A stretch of 63,726 bases of DNA, the filler included, from Atractiella rhizophila (taxonomy: Eukaryota): assembly GCA_021432655.1 (NCBI GenBank). It is 16 parts of 15 records of this genome, joined end to end, with 100 filler letters (N's around TTAATTAATTAA, not from the genome) between each part and the next. Parts side by side here need not be neighbours in the genome. Positions count along the whole stretch, not along the records: positions 36,883 to 41,761 come from MU272418.1; positions 41,862 to 43,243 come from MU272419.1; positions 43,344 to 44,833 come from MU272419.1; positions 44,934 to 49,784 come from MU272420.1; 12 more parts are not named here. The stretch is one strand, 5' to 3'. The notes beneath the pieces are model-generated. The model worked only from the letters and a program-made list of their open reading frames with translations, was not told where the DNA came from and made no database searches. The translations under genes and the position numbers were made by a program. Positions 37,008-49,884 of this stretch are shown here, piece after piece (position 1 is the stretch's first letter; each line of letters begins with the position of its first letter).

Positions 37008-39671
37008 CCCTTGATCGCGCTCGTAACATTTATCACAAGGTACCAAATACAGCATCGAATGGATGCATGAACTTGCTTTGATTCAAGCTCACTGCTTTGC
37101 TCGCAGGAAGAATCTTGAGGGGTTGGACTTGGAGAAAGTTGTGGCGAAATGGAAGCATTGGGGACGGTGTGCCTTGGCTAATGGAGAGGTCATGTAAATT
37201 CCAAGCAGAGAAGACACCATCTCCCGCAAACATTTGCATTCTTAATCAAACACCGGAGAAGTCCTGAACTTTCCGTTCGCGGTGCCTTCAGTTGGACCAG
37301 CAACAGACAAGTGAGCTAGATTATCCTATGGGAAGCCGAAAGGGTCTGTCGTACAATAGACCGACCAAAAGTAGTCATCTCTATGAGCAAGTCTAGGAAA
37401 GTGGAATTGAGAGAAGGGCCAAAGGAACTGCAGACAAGTAAGAAATGTATAAAACATGATTCGGTGATGGACAAGAGACGACTGTATAGGTCCAGAAAGC
37501 ATGGGACGTCACGTCGCAATCACTACCTGTCTCTTTGATGAAGCACTCATCGTTGTCCTTATCACAGATCACGATACACTCTGACTATGCAAGGTATTTG
37601 ACTAGCGCCTTATCCCATCCTTCAGCATCTACCAGAGGGGATGAAGCGAAGGAACACACAGGTAAGCAATCTAGCCAGAACACACAGCATCATTTCTTCA
37701 GGGAAAAAATGTCGCTCCCCATTCACTTCGATCGCGTATCCGCCTTCTGATTTTTCCTGCAAAGAGGTATCAGAGGGATGACGAGAGGAAACGAGGCACA
37801 CCTACGACGAATCTCTACTCGCTAGCATCGGGTGATGATCCCATACTGACAATCTAAGTGCAAGGGACACGATTGGCCGACTTTATGATATTGCGAGCTT
37901 AGAGGTTTAAACAGAGTGCTTTTATATCATTGCTCTCCTCTAATGTTTGTGTCTGAGTAACAACAATTCCACATAAAAATGTTATCACTAACAGACGTAT
38001 TCAATATCAATCGTAATCGTAATCGTGGTTCGTGGCCAGATGAGCAGGCGAACAAGGAGAGCGAGATGGACGGATGTCAAAGTTAAGTTCATCCATGGAT
38101 GATTGACAGATTCTCATCGATCATCACTGACGTGAGCGTGCACCTCCTCCTTTCCTTTGGGCAATTCCCGTTTCTTTCATTCTGGAAAAGGTCCACTTTC
38201 ATTCGCCACAGGGATCTTAGCTACAAAAGCCCTTCCACCTGCACGTGCCAGACTCATACTTGTCAAAGTGTGAGATAACAAGTTGCTTCGCAGCACTCAA
38301 ATTATGGTTTTCCATCCAATAACAGACTGCTCCGCCCTAATAAGTTGGAAGTTATTCACATCCAAACTCGTCCTCTGAGAGGTTTCATACTCTGGCTCCG
38401 GGGCCCTGAGCCTTACTGGTGAAGCCGTCATCACCCGACCCATACTCTCTACCAACTCCACAATGTACGCACGGGAACACAATCTTGGCACCCCAGGTAA
38501 TAATTACCCATGCTTTGCAATGACTGTGTAGCATGACAAATGCACGGCCACGGCAAAAGAAGGCAATGGATGTTACACAGAACCTTAGTTTGAAGATTTG
38601 TGCCTAAAACCGTCGACCAATCAAGTTGGTCGAACGACCAACTGTACCTTGGCGATGGGACTGATTTCGTCATCTATGGTTTCGGCTGGAGAGATCCTCT
38701 CCACTACTCTGAAGGGAGGCTTTTGTTGCTACGACGAACCTCTAAGTATCCCTGCACCAGGGAAGACTTTCATTTGACAACCGAAGGAATCAACTGCTCC
38801 TGTGCCCATGATGGCATGACAAGGTTGACAGCTGTTCTGCAGAACCTGCAAGTAGTCCACATTGAAGATTGGAGGATTAATGCTGCACCTCGTCAGTCAC
38901 GAGGCCTCATTGCATCGTTTCGGCATGCCTCAAGTTCTGCCTGGTCGGGTCAAAATTGATTGTTCCATGTGGGGACGGCAAATGCAAACTTTTTGGCTCC
39001 TGATAACTTAGAGCCACTGCTACGAACACAATCCGGATGAACGGTGCTAGTTGGGCAGCTGGGCACACTTCGTCCACAAATACGACTTCAACGGCAATAA
39101 ATTCGCTACAATCCTGACACCTTTCCACAATGTTTGGCGGTAGTGACGGTGGTTTATCGATCGATCAATTAGATTCTCAGGGGAGCAGAGCCCACGAGTG
39201 GCAAACCTCCTTCTCTTCCGAAAGGAGCCCATTTTATCAAGCACATTCTTTTCATTCGAGTTTACCATGGTTTGGGAGCGAGCGACTCCGTAACCAGTCG
39301 TACAGTTTTCAGTTTTCAGTTTTCAACATTCGAAGATTCGCGTTGTCGAGGATCCAAGGATGTTCACAATCTTCTATGCGGGAGTCGGCGGAGTTAAAAC
39401 TGGTCAACCTGTTTTGAGCGCGAAATTACCCACAACCGAAGTACAAAACCACAGAGAGTTCGCGCCTTCGGCAGGTATCAACCGTATAGGCGACGGCCGC
39501 GGGTCTGCTGGATCCTGTTCCTGTCTGAGGCACGGTTGTACCGGTTTGACCGGATTTACCCAGAATATCTCACGTTCAACAACGAGTCTAGGTCAATCGT
39601 TTTCGATTCACCTCATGCTTCAAGGCAATGGACGTCTCAGCCTTCGGAAAGAAGCTTAGGCCTTCTTCCGA

Positions 39672-40790
39672 ATGACCAAGGCGTCCAAATCCACGCTATT
39701 GACAACCTGTACCTTTTCCACTCTTTACTGGCTATAAGTCGTCATGTTCCAAGTTGGAGAGCTCCTCGGCATTCCCGAAGGAAGAGGTTCCACCTGGTGA
39801 CGTTTTCGATCTCATTGTGACACTTCTACGGGAGGATGGATTGCCCCACGCTTAAACGATTGGGAATGACCGTTCGAGAATGCATCCGTGCATACGAGCA
39901 GATCGTGCAGCAGTCTTCTTTGAAGATGCCCCAATCGCGAAAGAAGGCTGCGTGTACCTGCGGCAAGGCTCGAAGCCGTCTTCCTCGACATCATTACTCG
40001 ACATACCTCATTATCTGTGCCGTCATCCCATCATCCTATGAAGGATGACAAGATCGGAGGTCGATGTAGAACTTTCGTCCTCTCAAGATACGAATCAGCC
40101 GCCGTTGTTTCGTTGTTTCGACAGAGATACGCACATACGACGTGCGTCATGCAGCTCGCTTTCGCTGCTCAATGTGCAGCGGGAGAGGCAGCAAGAGCAA
40201 CTTCCTCTGATCTGACTTCTTCCCTCCCATCGTCATCGACAAAGCGAAATATGTAGCCACGGAGACAATACCCCGGCAGCATTAGCAATTGACGATTCAA
40301 AGAGAATTTGCGGCCAAAAAAGCTAGGTCGTCTGTCTCGTTGTCTCTCTAGGGTCAGGGATAACTCCTGCTGTCAAATGGGTTCGTACTCAAGGCGAGAT
40401 GAAGTGGCTGTGAAGGCAATTGTCGAAGATTGTTCCTAGGTAGAGGATTAGGTGAAGACGAGCAAGCAGGAATGACATCTGGCACATCGGTACCATCACT
40501 TTTCAGTCCATGCAATGGGCAGCATAAAGTAGGAGGAGTGGAGCGAACGCAGGACGTTGTAGGCTGTACGAGGTTTATATGGGAGTAATGGGTCACGGAG
40601 CTCGAGGTGCTGCTGAATGTCTGGTGCCGGGTATGCTCTCTTGCATCTTGTGTAGATATTTTGTTGACGTTGATGCCGTTGCAGTGGGCAGTGAACGGTT
40701 TGTGATTCGTCGACAGTTGCCATTACCACCCCCACGCTCTTGTTTTGGCCGCGAAGACGAGATCCAACGTGTTACACACCCAAATTGCAA
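39672..40790 (+). pseudogene. Decayed patatin-like phospholipase followed by the start of a P-loop NTPase (NB-ARC-like) domain: fungal NLR-like relic
   Basis: Across frameshifts: PGDVFDLI-(D)TSTGGWIA-LKRLGMTVRECIRAYE, CRTFV, GEAARATS, then LPLPPPRSCFGREDEIQRV. Confidence 0.7.
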
Positions 40791-41861
40791 GCAATGGAAT
40801 ATCCCCTGTGATCACGGCATCAGTACCGGACTGCACCAAGCAGCTACAGAGCAATGCTCACGACGCTGAGGTTTCAATGCGTCTTGAGCAACGAAGTAAG
40901 CATTTCCTTGCAGCTCGAAGGGTGATGCTGACCGCGATATGAGTCAGACTGTGCTGCAAGGTCCGAAGGAAGTAAGTTCTTGCAAAGAGTTGGCTCCTGG
41001 TCATCACTTACCCACGGTCGGCTCAGTAGAAGCACATTGTGTCCTGGACATCCAGTTGGAGCCCCCTTACGATCTGTATCAGCCCACTGATGGAATCTTT
41101 TGGAATCCTTCCAGAGTACGTTTCTGGAATCTAACCCACCATACAAATTCAGTGAAATTAGAGACGCTTCAAATTAACCAGATATGAGGGAACTTCCAGG
41201 GAGTGAGCCGCGTCTCATCGTCATTACTGTTCTCACGTTCCCATCTTAGTTCCGGACCAATTCATGGGGCTGGACTGTGCTGTTTGGGTTGGACAGCCTT
41301 AGAACTTGGAAGAGATTATCGCTGTTAGGACTCGTACCGAGCTGTCCGTAACCCCGGTCGTTTGGCGGTCGTCCCTCACGCAAGATTTAAAGACGCGACC
41401 CTCTCAGCTTTGCTCTTGTCATCCAACCTCAGGTGATTGGCAGTCACACCGGACTCCGTCTCGCATCACCACTACGCCCGATTCGAGAATCCATCCCGCA
41501 AGAGGCTTAAACGGCGTTGAGCCATCCAGTGTGACTCTGAAGCCAACAAACGGGACGAAAGGCAAGACAACAAAATACCGTTTAAGGAGTCGGCCTATTA
41601 GGCAAGATTGTTGGCGACCATCAATCCATCCCTTCTACAAGTTTACGCTCCTCAGATTCAGGCAGGGAATATGGAGTTCACGCTCAATCCCCTCCTGCTC
41701 TCAACAGAATCCAACTCCTCACATTCAGCTCCACAACCTCTCGAAACTGCACAGTCTGAACNNNNNNNNNNNNNNNNNNNNNNNNNNNNNNNNNNNNNNN
41801 NNNNNTTAATTAATTAANNNNNNNNNNNNNNNNNNNNNNNNNNNNNNNNNNNNNNNNNNNN

Positions 41862-42936
41862 TCTGCATAAAGTGCTCAACCTCCTCCTTCGTCCACTTTC
41901 TAGAACCCCTATCGCCAAAGGTCACTGTCTCCAACCATGTCAAGCCTTCAAGTGCACTCAATACAAGCTTCACTTCCGCTTCGTTCCAAAACGCATCCAG
42001 ACAGACTTCTGTAACATTCGGCGAGCCTTCGATGACCTCTTTCATCATCCGAATACTGATATCTTGCCCAAATCGGAGCTGTTTCCATTGTCGACCCGCG
42101 CCAGGGTAGAGTTTCAAGCGAGCAAGCTTGGTTTTCGCCGAGGTAGGTTCTTTCCAATAAGCAGCTGAAACGGGTCTCCAAAGCAGACAGACGTCACGGA
42201 GCTTTGAAGCTGTATGGTAATAATCGCCGACTTCACTCGCAGCGAGGAAATCGAAGATGAGGGTTAAAAGTTCGATTGGGAGGCGCGATATAGAGCATGG
42301 GGCAACCCCGCAGCTTGGGGAGCACGAGAGCTGAATAAAGGTCGCAGCGTCTTGACTGAGGGATGGGACGGTTGATGAATTGTCATCACTGATACGCTCG
42401 AAGCGTCGATCGTCTCTTGGGTATAATAATGCAACCGGCGCGATGAGGGCAACAGCGCGATTTTCCGGGAGGACAGGAAACGTGCGACTGAACGGCTCGG
42501 CGTCTGGGGGAAGTTCATTTGAAACGTCGGATGCCTGCCCGTTGACCTCCCCAGAGGTCACGGTAATATTTTTCCAGTCGAATGCAACCCGTAGATTCGC
42601 TACACCACTACTTTTGCCATTTTCTGCTGCAGCTTCGAGACAATCAAGTGAGAAAGAGGACAATTTCGACGCCACCTCAGCAGGAGTCTCGTCCGCGAAT
42701 CCAAGAGGCAAAACAAAGGTGATCCGAAGTTTGCTAACTGACAGAGGCAGCCGAGATAAGAACGACGGAAGAACGGAAACTTGGAGTGAAGTACTCCGTT
42801 CTGAGGGGGTGATGAGGTTGGCCAGTGCGGTTAACTCGGGATCTTGCGAGGGCAGGTCTGACATGCACATGGATGTTTGCTGCTCCATCATTTTCAAGTT
42901 CTGAAAGAGTACATCAGACTGTGGGCCATAGATCAA
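41862..42936 (-). CDS. F-box/RNI-like protein, 3'-truncated
   Basis: Long open frame containing ISRLPIELLTLIFDFLA...LRDVCLLWRPVS, then LRR-like PNVTEVCL and LTWLETVTF. Confidence 0.65.
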
Positions 42937-43343
42937 TGATTGTTACATGCGAAGAGAAAAGACAAGATAACGTCATGCCTGAGTTATGCATTGAATCTTC
43001 ACCACCGAATAGTCGACACTCAGAATATAAAGTGTTTGCAGGAGAAAGATAATGTGTACACTCGGCCGCGCACTAGTCACTCGCATGACTTTAGCAGAGA
43101 ATTAACGCATAGTGTTCGGGATGAATACTAGCATTGGTATTGGTATTGAAGCATCTTCACTTGATGCGTTTGCCCGATATGTTGGGTGTACAGGCAGCCA
43201 GCAGAATTATCACTATCTCACCGAATGCTCATTTCTGAGAAGCNNNNNNNNNNNNNNNNNNNNNNNNNNNNNNNNNNNNNNNNNNNNTTAATTAATTAAN
43301 NNNNNNNNNNNNNNNNNNNNNNNNNNNNNNNNNNNNNNNNNNN

Positions 43344-43659
43344 AAAAGAAACTCACAACGAGCAGCCTGCCCCGAAATCTTGCTCTCAAATCCCCCTGCC
43401 TCCTTCACCTCTTCCTTCTCCTCCAACCTATCGTAAACAGCTGCCGACTCAAGGATGTCCCTTTCGCCTTTCCATTACACCCATGCAAACAAACCAAAAC
43501 CAAGCCAGCCAGAGCCAATGTCAGAATCGACACCAAGGCAAAACACCACACCGTGAACATTTGTCGGAGGAAAGACATACCTCCGCCTGATTTAAAGCCA
43601 CGTCCTTTACGCCTCACGGAAGGCTCGTCGATGTCCATGCGCTCTTGGTCTACGTCCAT
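43344..43659 (-). CDS. RBM8A: Exon-junction-complex subunit Y14/RBM8A, 5' part
   Basis: MDVD...MDIDEPSVRRKGRGFKSGG|...YDRLEE...GQAAR|. RKGRGF and AAR(S) just before the RRM are Y14 hallmarks; the RRM itself is lost at the contig end. Confidence 0.7.
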
Positions 43660-44051
43660 CTTTCGGTTCTGCTGGTGAGGAAAGAAACTTGGTTGGTTCT
43701 CTCCTGATCGTGGTTGCGCAGGATAGCGCGGGGAGACGCGTGCACACCGTGGCTGGACGATAATCAAGACTAACTTATTCTTCTTGTTGATTGGACATCT
43801 GAAGAGCCTTGCCTGCCAACTATGGGCTACAAAACAAGCTTATGTCAGGAGGATTGTTAATATATCTATTAATGACATCTGGTTGGAAGGAATTTACAAT
43901 CAGGGTAAGAAGTGATGAATCAATCGGGGAGAGAGGGACGGAGGCAGTCCAGTAAAGGGGGACCTTGAGCAGAGGTAGGTAGAAAGGTAGAAAGGTAGAT
44001 GTAATGAGAGAACAAGGGAAACGATAAACCGTACACAACATTCTTCCAGCC

Positions 44052-44833
44052 ATGCAGCCCAATCCTGTCCATCTCCACCTCCATCTCCAACCTAAAGACG
44101 CACGAACACCAGGTTCGGGTTCTCATTCTCAACGCCTCGCGAGCTACACGGCACAATGCATCAGCTTACTCTCTTTTAATGCGCCATGCCTTAAAAAGGG
44201 AAAAGAAAATGGAGGAGAAAAGACATACGTTCCCACTAAGCCTCAACTCATAACCCAACAACTGAGGCTGTTTATCTCCCCTATAGATATTATGATGCCT
44301 ACACAATTCTTCCCTCAGCTGGCCAGCCATATCCATCCTGCCAATCACTATTCCCATCACGTCCTTGAGCGTCTGGGTCGAGGTCGCCGTGGGAAACATG
44401 GTGAGAATCACTAAATCATATTGTCATCAGCTGGCTCTTGCTTATGCAACTTAAGCCGAAAAAAGGAAGAAAAGGAAGGATGGATGACGAACTTCCAGGC
44501 ATGGCTACGACCTCGTCTTTCTCAACGGGTATCGGTATCCTCTTCAGCCCTGGGAGCATGAGGTGGAGGTGAGCGGACTTGGGGAGAAGCCTTCCATCAG
44601 AATCACACGCCGAACCCGACAATCTACATCAGCGACGGATTATGCGAAAGAGGGAGGAGGAAATCTCACATGTTCACTCGTCCCCATTCAGGAATGGTAG
44701 AGTTCCAAGTGGCCGTGTCGACGAAGGGTACCATTTTTCGGAACATATTCTGGTCTCGCCCCATCAGCTTCTCCTTTGCAGCAGATAGTATAGAGGGCAG
44801 TGGATGGGGAAGGAAACGTACAGCCCACATGTC
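44052..44833 (-). CDS. Hypothetical multi-exon protein, 3' part; family not recognised
   Basis: In-frame exons joined by GT-AG introns (EKLMGRDQNMFRKMVPFVD...|LSGSACDSDG...|ILTMFPTA...). Confidence 0.4.
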
Positions 44834-44933
44834 NNNNNNNNNNNNNNNNNNNNNNNNNNNNNNNNNNNNNNNNNNNNTTAATTAATTAANNNNNNNNNNN
44901 NNNNNNNNNNNNNNNNNNNNNNNNNNNNNNNNN

Positions 44934-45888
44934 TCGTTTGCAGATTATCAGGAGAAGAGTACAATTCAAATGTACTCTGATGCCTTCTGGAAGCTTGCAG
45001 CCTGCCGACTCCAGTTCAAAGCTACTTCGCATCAACTGGTAAGCAAGCATGATTTTGGATTGTGACTTCTCACGATATCGCTATAGGCTTATTTCCCTTG
45101 CCTTCTACGCATATTCAATATGGTTGTCACTCGCCGTTATTACGTTGTGGCAGCCGGACTCTTCATTCTTCAATAAGTTGTTTACGCCGTCTATGTCGTC
45201 TTTAAAGGCGTCCCAACACCTATTGCTCTCGCTGTTGGCGTTGCTCGAATTCCGGATACAGTCCACCTTTTCGCTCTAGGGCTCATCGCCGGAAGCTTGT
45301 CATTTGGAGGTGCATACACTGCCATTCCGTTCATCCAAGCCGAAGCTGTCCTCCTTGGTGCATGGCTACCGATGGTATTGCAATTGGAAATATCATTCCC
45401 GCCCCTTTGGTCATTTTTGCGACATTTGTCGGATTTCAAGGTGGAAAAACGCTGCGAGGTGTTGGATACGGCTTTTCGGGTGCCACGGTCATCACCCTGG
45501 GCATGTTCTTCCCATGTTTTCTATTTACAATAGCCGGTCATGATTTGCTCGAAAGACTATGTCGCAACAAGGTAACCATTATCCGCAACCTGTGTAGCCC
45601 ATACTTACATATTGATAGTTTTTATCTGCTTTCTTTGACGGCATCGGTGGGGCAGTTGTAGGGGTTATAGCTATCACTGCTCTTCAGTTTCTCAAAGCTT
45701 GTGTCGGTGCCATACCTGGACAAGAATTGACCACGGAAGACACCGCCCGGACGCTATCCTACGATGCGACGGCGGCTGTCGTCTATGTAGTCACTCTTGT
45801 TGCCCTCTACAAGGCTAACCACAAATATGCAGTGATTCTAATGATTGTCATCGGCGCGTTGTCAGGACAGTTTCTCTTTGTAGAATGA
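44934..45888 (+). CDS. Chromate ion transporter (CHR/ChrA family), C-terminal half, frameshifting deletion near 45368
   Basis: LGLIAGSLSFGGAYTAIPFIQAEAV..GAWL / DGIAIGNIIPAPLVIFATFVGF / FFDGIGGAVVGVIA. Confidence 0.88.
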
Positions 45889-46213
45889 AATATATTGACG
45901 AAAAGGAAATGGAGCTATGTTTCAAAGGGACCAAAGTTTGGTCCTAATGAGAAGGACAGGTAATCTGACGAACGTACTGGCAAAGCTGTTATTGGGGGTT
46001 CTGCCGTAGATATTATATCGCTCAGCCCTTCGCCGTGTCAAGCTATTTTAGTGCTCGCCAAATTCTACGAAATAAGATATGGAGCAGGAAAGGAAATGGT
46101 ACAAAAAAGGAGAGGACGTAGAGCGGATGTTAGTTGGAGGAAGAGGTGGTCCCGTTCCTTGTCGTTACTCGTCCATAAGAAGAGCTTCATGACCAAACAG
46201 GTTGCAGAAAGCT

Positions 46214-47426
46214 CTATAATATGAATTCATCCTCATCCTCATCAACCTCCTGGATTCAGCCATGGTCTCAGTAACAGCTCATAATCGATACTGATGTGCT
46301 CAAGTTTGAGATGATTGTGCACTGGGCTTTGGACAACATTTTGCTGCAGCAACGTTGAATTAGCAAGTGCTAACAGGGCGACGTACAAACCCAATTCTTC
46401 ACCCAATATTCCACCTCTTTTGCTCGAACCTCTTCATACCCGGCTGAAAACGGTGAATTCACTTCGATCAAGATGTTATCCGGCGTAAGTTGGTCCACAA
46501 TACTCTGCAAGGCGAGACCTTTGAGGTGATCGATGCCATATGCTTCACTGAACATCAGCTTTCCGGTTTCAAAGCAGGAAAGTCCCCACCATGCGCAAGC
46601 TTGTACATTGACTTCGGAGAAACCTTCAGATAGTGCTCTGCGCCACCACATCACATTAGTGCTGAGAGAAAATGAACGAAAAAGTAAGCCATCATACGTT
46701 TCAGGCCAGCAAACGACTGGCTTGAGAAGGCAGATGGCGTGTAACCGTGAGAAAACGTGTCCGCAATTGTGACATCCTCGTCAACTTCTTTGTTGCGAGC
46801 AATGGAGCATATTCCCAGTGCTTTGCCCCTTGATTTTAGCGGTCCGAAGTCAATTTTCCTAGGTCAATATATCAACTTTAAGTCCCTCTATTATGCGGGT
46901 AAAGAACGAGCCCCGAATACATGTAAAACAACAGCGCGCGGTAAGTTGTATAACAAGCATGCTGGATCGGGACTTCTTTGAGTTTGATAGGCTCATGTAT
47001 TGTGGGCTAGGAATTGACTTAGAGACATTATTAGATGGGCAGGCACAAACCATGTTAAGCATCAATGCTGTGTCACGATCATTATCACTATCTTCGTCTT
47101 CAACTTCGACCAGAGTTTCCTTGGTGTCGGATTCGCGGTCTGTTATATCCAAAGACTCGTTAAAACCGCTCGACATAAACACTGCAAGAAGGTCAGGTGA
47201 TTGTATTCACTTGTTAAAAGCATGCCCACTTGTCTTGAAATGGTCAAAACCCACTCAGTAACCCTCGAGAGGAGTACAAGCGTAATGAGTAGTTGTCGGG
47301 TCGAGTGAAAGTAAATGCAATGTCGCTATATAATGGGTTGTCGAATATTTGGAGGAAGTTTCTGAAGGCTGACCCCTCCTGCTCAAGCTGTCGCAATGCC
47401 GAGGGTCCATTATCGATCACCGTCAA
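46214..47426 (-). CDS. BTB/POZ-domain protein, multi-exon; N-terminus probably extends further upstream
   Basis: FDNPLYSDIAFTF...LYSSRGLL..DHFKT|FMSSGFNES and AYGIDHLKGLALQSIVDQLTPDNILIEVNSPFSAGYEEVR. Confidence 0.7.
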
Positions 47427-48308
47427 CGTGAGCTTTACTTCTCCTTTCTATGGTCCATTTATCATTTAGTTCTCCCGAGGGTATAAGATGGCAAACCTAC
47501 AGAAGGAGAACAGATAACATCAATTCCTGACGCATTTTGTTCGCTTCCACAAAAACTCTGCCACGAGGAACTATGAGCAAGGTAATGACAGAATCCGATC
47601 ATAACCCTGTCCATCTTCCGTGTACTTGAGATCCACCAATGCTGAAGATGGGAAGTCTTGCCTCCAGCATACAAATCCGATCGTCACCATACAAACCTCG
47701 AGAACGTATTTCCTTTTTGATGACACATCCCTGCTGTTGGAGCCTCATCTGTCATTCGGTCAAGCTTTATTGGGCGATCTACGAGTCAGTGCTCACAGAC
47801 CATGGTCCTTGTTCCATTAGAATGGAAGTTGCTTCCGCCCAAACTGAGGCATCAAAAGAAAAAGAGTAGGTCTCCTGCCAAGGAACAGTCTTAGTTGCTT
47901 TCATCATACTGATGAACGTAAGAATATTGCTGCCACTCTCTTAATACTCATGATGAGAATAATTAACTCTGAAAGAAGCGAGAGATAACCCTAACCTTAC
48001 CTGCCGGCCTTCTAAGAAACTTCAGCAACTTCCGCATTCATTCGCCGAAGTTCCGGAGCACTTTCTACAATCATTGCACATTTTTTTTTTTGGTTATTTG
48101 CACAGGAGAAACATACACAGTGACATGGAATGGAACAATATTGCATAAAATTGTGCCTAACACCGATATCAAGTCAGGAAAACATAAAGGAGGGACGGAA
48201 GAAGTTACCAGAGACAAGCGAGCTTGTTGTAAACGTATAGGCAGCGAGAGGCTTTGGCCCCACACAGGCTGACAACTCGTAGGGTCCCTGCTGACAAATG
48301 TACGAACG

Positions 48309-48396
48309 CTGCGAAGTGTGAGATAACACTGAGTGTGAGTTAGATTCAGTATGTAAAGAAACTACATTATCTGCGAAGTGTGAGATAACACTGAGT
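48309..48396. repeat. 26-bp perfect direct repeat x2 with a 36-bp spacer
   Basis: CTGCGAAGTGTGAGATAACACTGAGT at 48309-48334 and 48371-48396; the 15-bp core also occurs at 38266-38280. Confidence 0.9.
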
Positions 48397-48601
48397 AAAA
48401 GTCTCGCACTTGCAGGTTTACAAGCTTTTATAACAGAGAGATCCCTGTGGCAAAAGATTGCCAGTGGGCACAGTTCCAGAAAGTGCTCACTAAACGCACA
48501 AGTGCGCAAGTGCCGAAAGGAGGAGGCATATGATTCTGTCACCTGCCTCCGGTCACATCCCCTTCCCTCACGGGGTTTCCCCCGCAGGCCGCCTGCACGG
48601 G

Positions 48602-49784
48602 TAGCGATGGCTATCGTCCTGTCCATACCCGGCTTTTGAATTTCCGGCCTGGACAAGGTTTTCATCGTCCTCGTCCCGTCCCAAGCCTCGTCCTTGAGAA
48701 TCAAGGTTGGGCGGTTTGAAGAACGGGACGAAGAAGGGCGGTGAGGACGGTTAAAGGACGAGGGGAATATGTGATATCAGTGTCATTGCATTGTCAAAAC
48801 AGTAATTCTGACCTCGGAAGATCCATGCAATGTGAGAAACCAACCAAAAAAATTGAAGATGAGAAGGAATATCAAGCCGCCTTACATAGCACATCAGAAT
48901 TCATTATCTTCTCTATCTCCTGTTTGACCTTCACTATCTTTTCTCCTGTTCCACCCGAAGAGTGACTTCGAGAAACATCAGAGCTCGGATGGATTCAAGA
49001 TCCAATAGAGCCCTTCGGATGCCAATAGTATCACATGCACTAGAAAAGATATGTTCAACGGCGACGGCACTGCAGAAGATCATCTATCAGTGCTACAGCC
49101 CATTGGCATTTGGAATGACAGCATGTGCATACCTGGAATAGAAAGAATGTCCCGTGCCATCCGAGAAAGGTTTGGAAGATTCTTCTCAGACTCTTCTTTC
49201 CAAAATTGAAGCGGATTGCAATCCCAAGGAAGCCTTTCATGCCGGAAGAGATAATCAAGCTCCTTTTGTGCCAGATCTTGCAGCCGAGAAACACTTGCAC
49301 TTGAATGGGCTTCTATCAGAGCGGCCACAAGGTTGAGACGCTTCCTCTTCTTGACTTTGCCATGAATGGGATTTTCACCTGGATGAGAACATCAACGATG
49401 TTCAGCTGCTCTTGCAAAGCGCTTGGTTAAGGAGATTCTCTTGTTATTGTTGTCCTGGTTGATACACTTTTTAAGATAATCGATCATTCCCTCCATTGGA
49501 GTAGAGAATTCCTGGGCCCCACCAGAGAATCCAATCGGCAATGTGCAAGAGATGGTGGATGCACATGGGCATTCGAACAAGTCGAGATCGATCCCCATGT
49601 ACAAATACCTTCTCTCAGCCTGTAACGAAATTGGCAAAATATTCTCGAATTTTGAGCCGCTCCTCTTCCGTGATCTGATGCTGCCATACGAGCTGGCAGC
49701 CACAGACAAAAGAGTCAATTACGTTTAGGACATTGAGAGGAAATCCAAGGAGGAAAGGCTAGAAAGAAGCAGCCAGTCGTAAAC
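48602..49784 (-). mobile_element. hAT DNA transposon, 3' end: degenerate transposase dimerisation domain, subterminal repeats, putative TIR
   Basis: NPLQFWKE..KNLPNLSRMARDILSIP|..AVAVEHIFSSACDTIGIRRA. Putative TIR TAGCGATGGC at 48602 resembles the Ac-type TAGGGATG. Clustered CGTCC then GGACG motifs at 48615-48760. Confidence 0.8.
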
Positions 49785-49884
49785 NNNNNNNNNNNNNNNN
49801 NNNNNNNNNNNNNNNNNNNNNNNNNNNNTTAATTAATTAANNNNNNNNNNNNNNNNNNNNNNNNNNNNNNNNNNNNNNNNNNNN

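Noticed and set aside
31663..47426. NEDD8, F-box and BTB genes as a cullin-ligase cluster
   Set aside because: All are on separate contigs.
47985..47999. TAACCCTAACC telomere-like seed
   Set aside because: Fewer than two full units and internal; expected by chance.
48309..48396. CRISPR-like geometry (26-bp repeats, 36-bp spacer, internal palindrome)
   Set aside because: Only two repeats, none at the expected next positions, no cas genes, and the context is eukaryotic.
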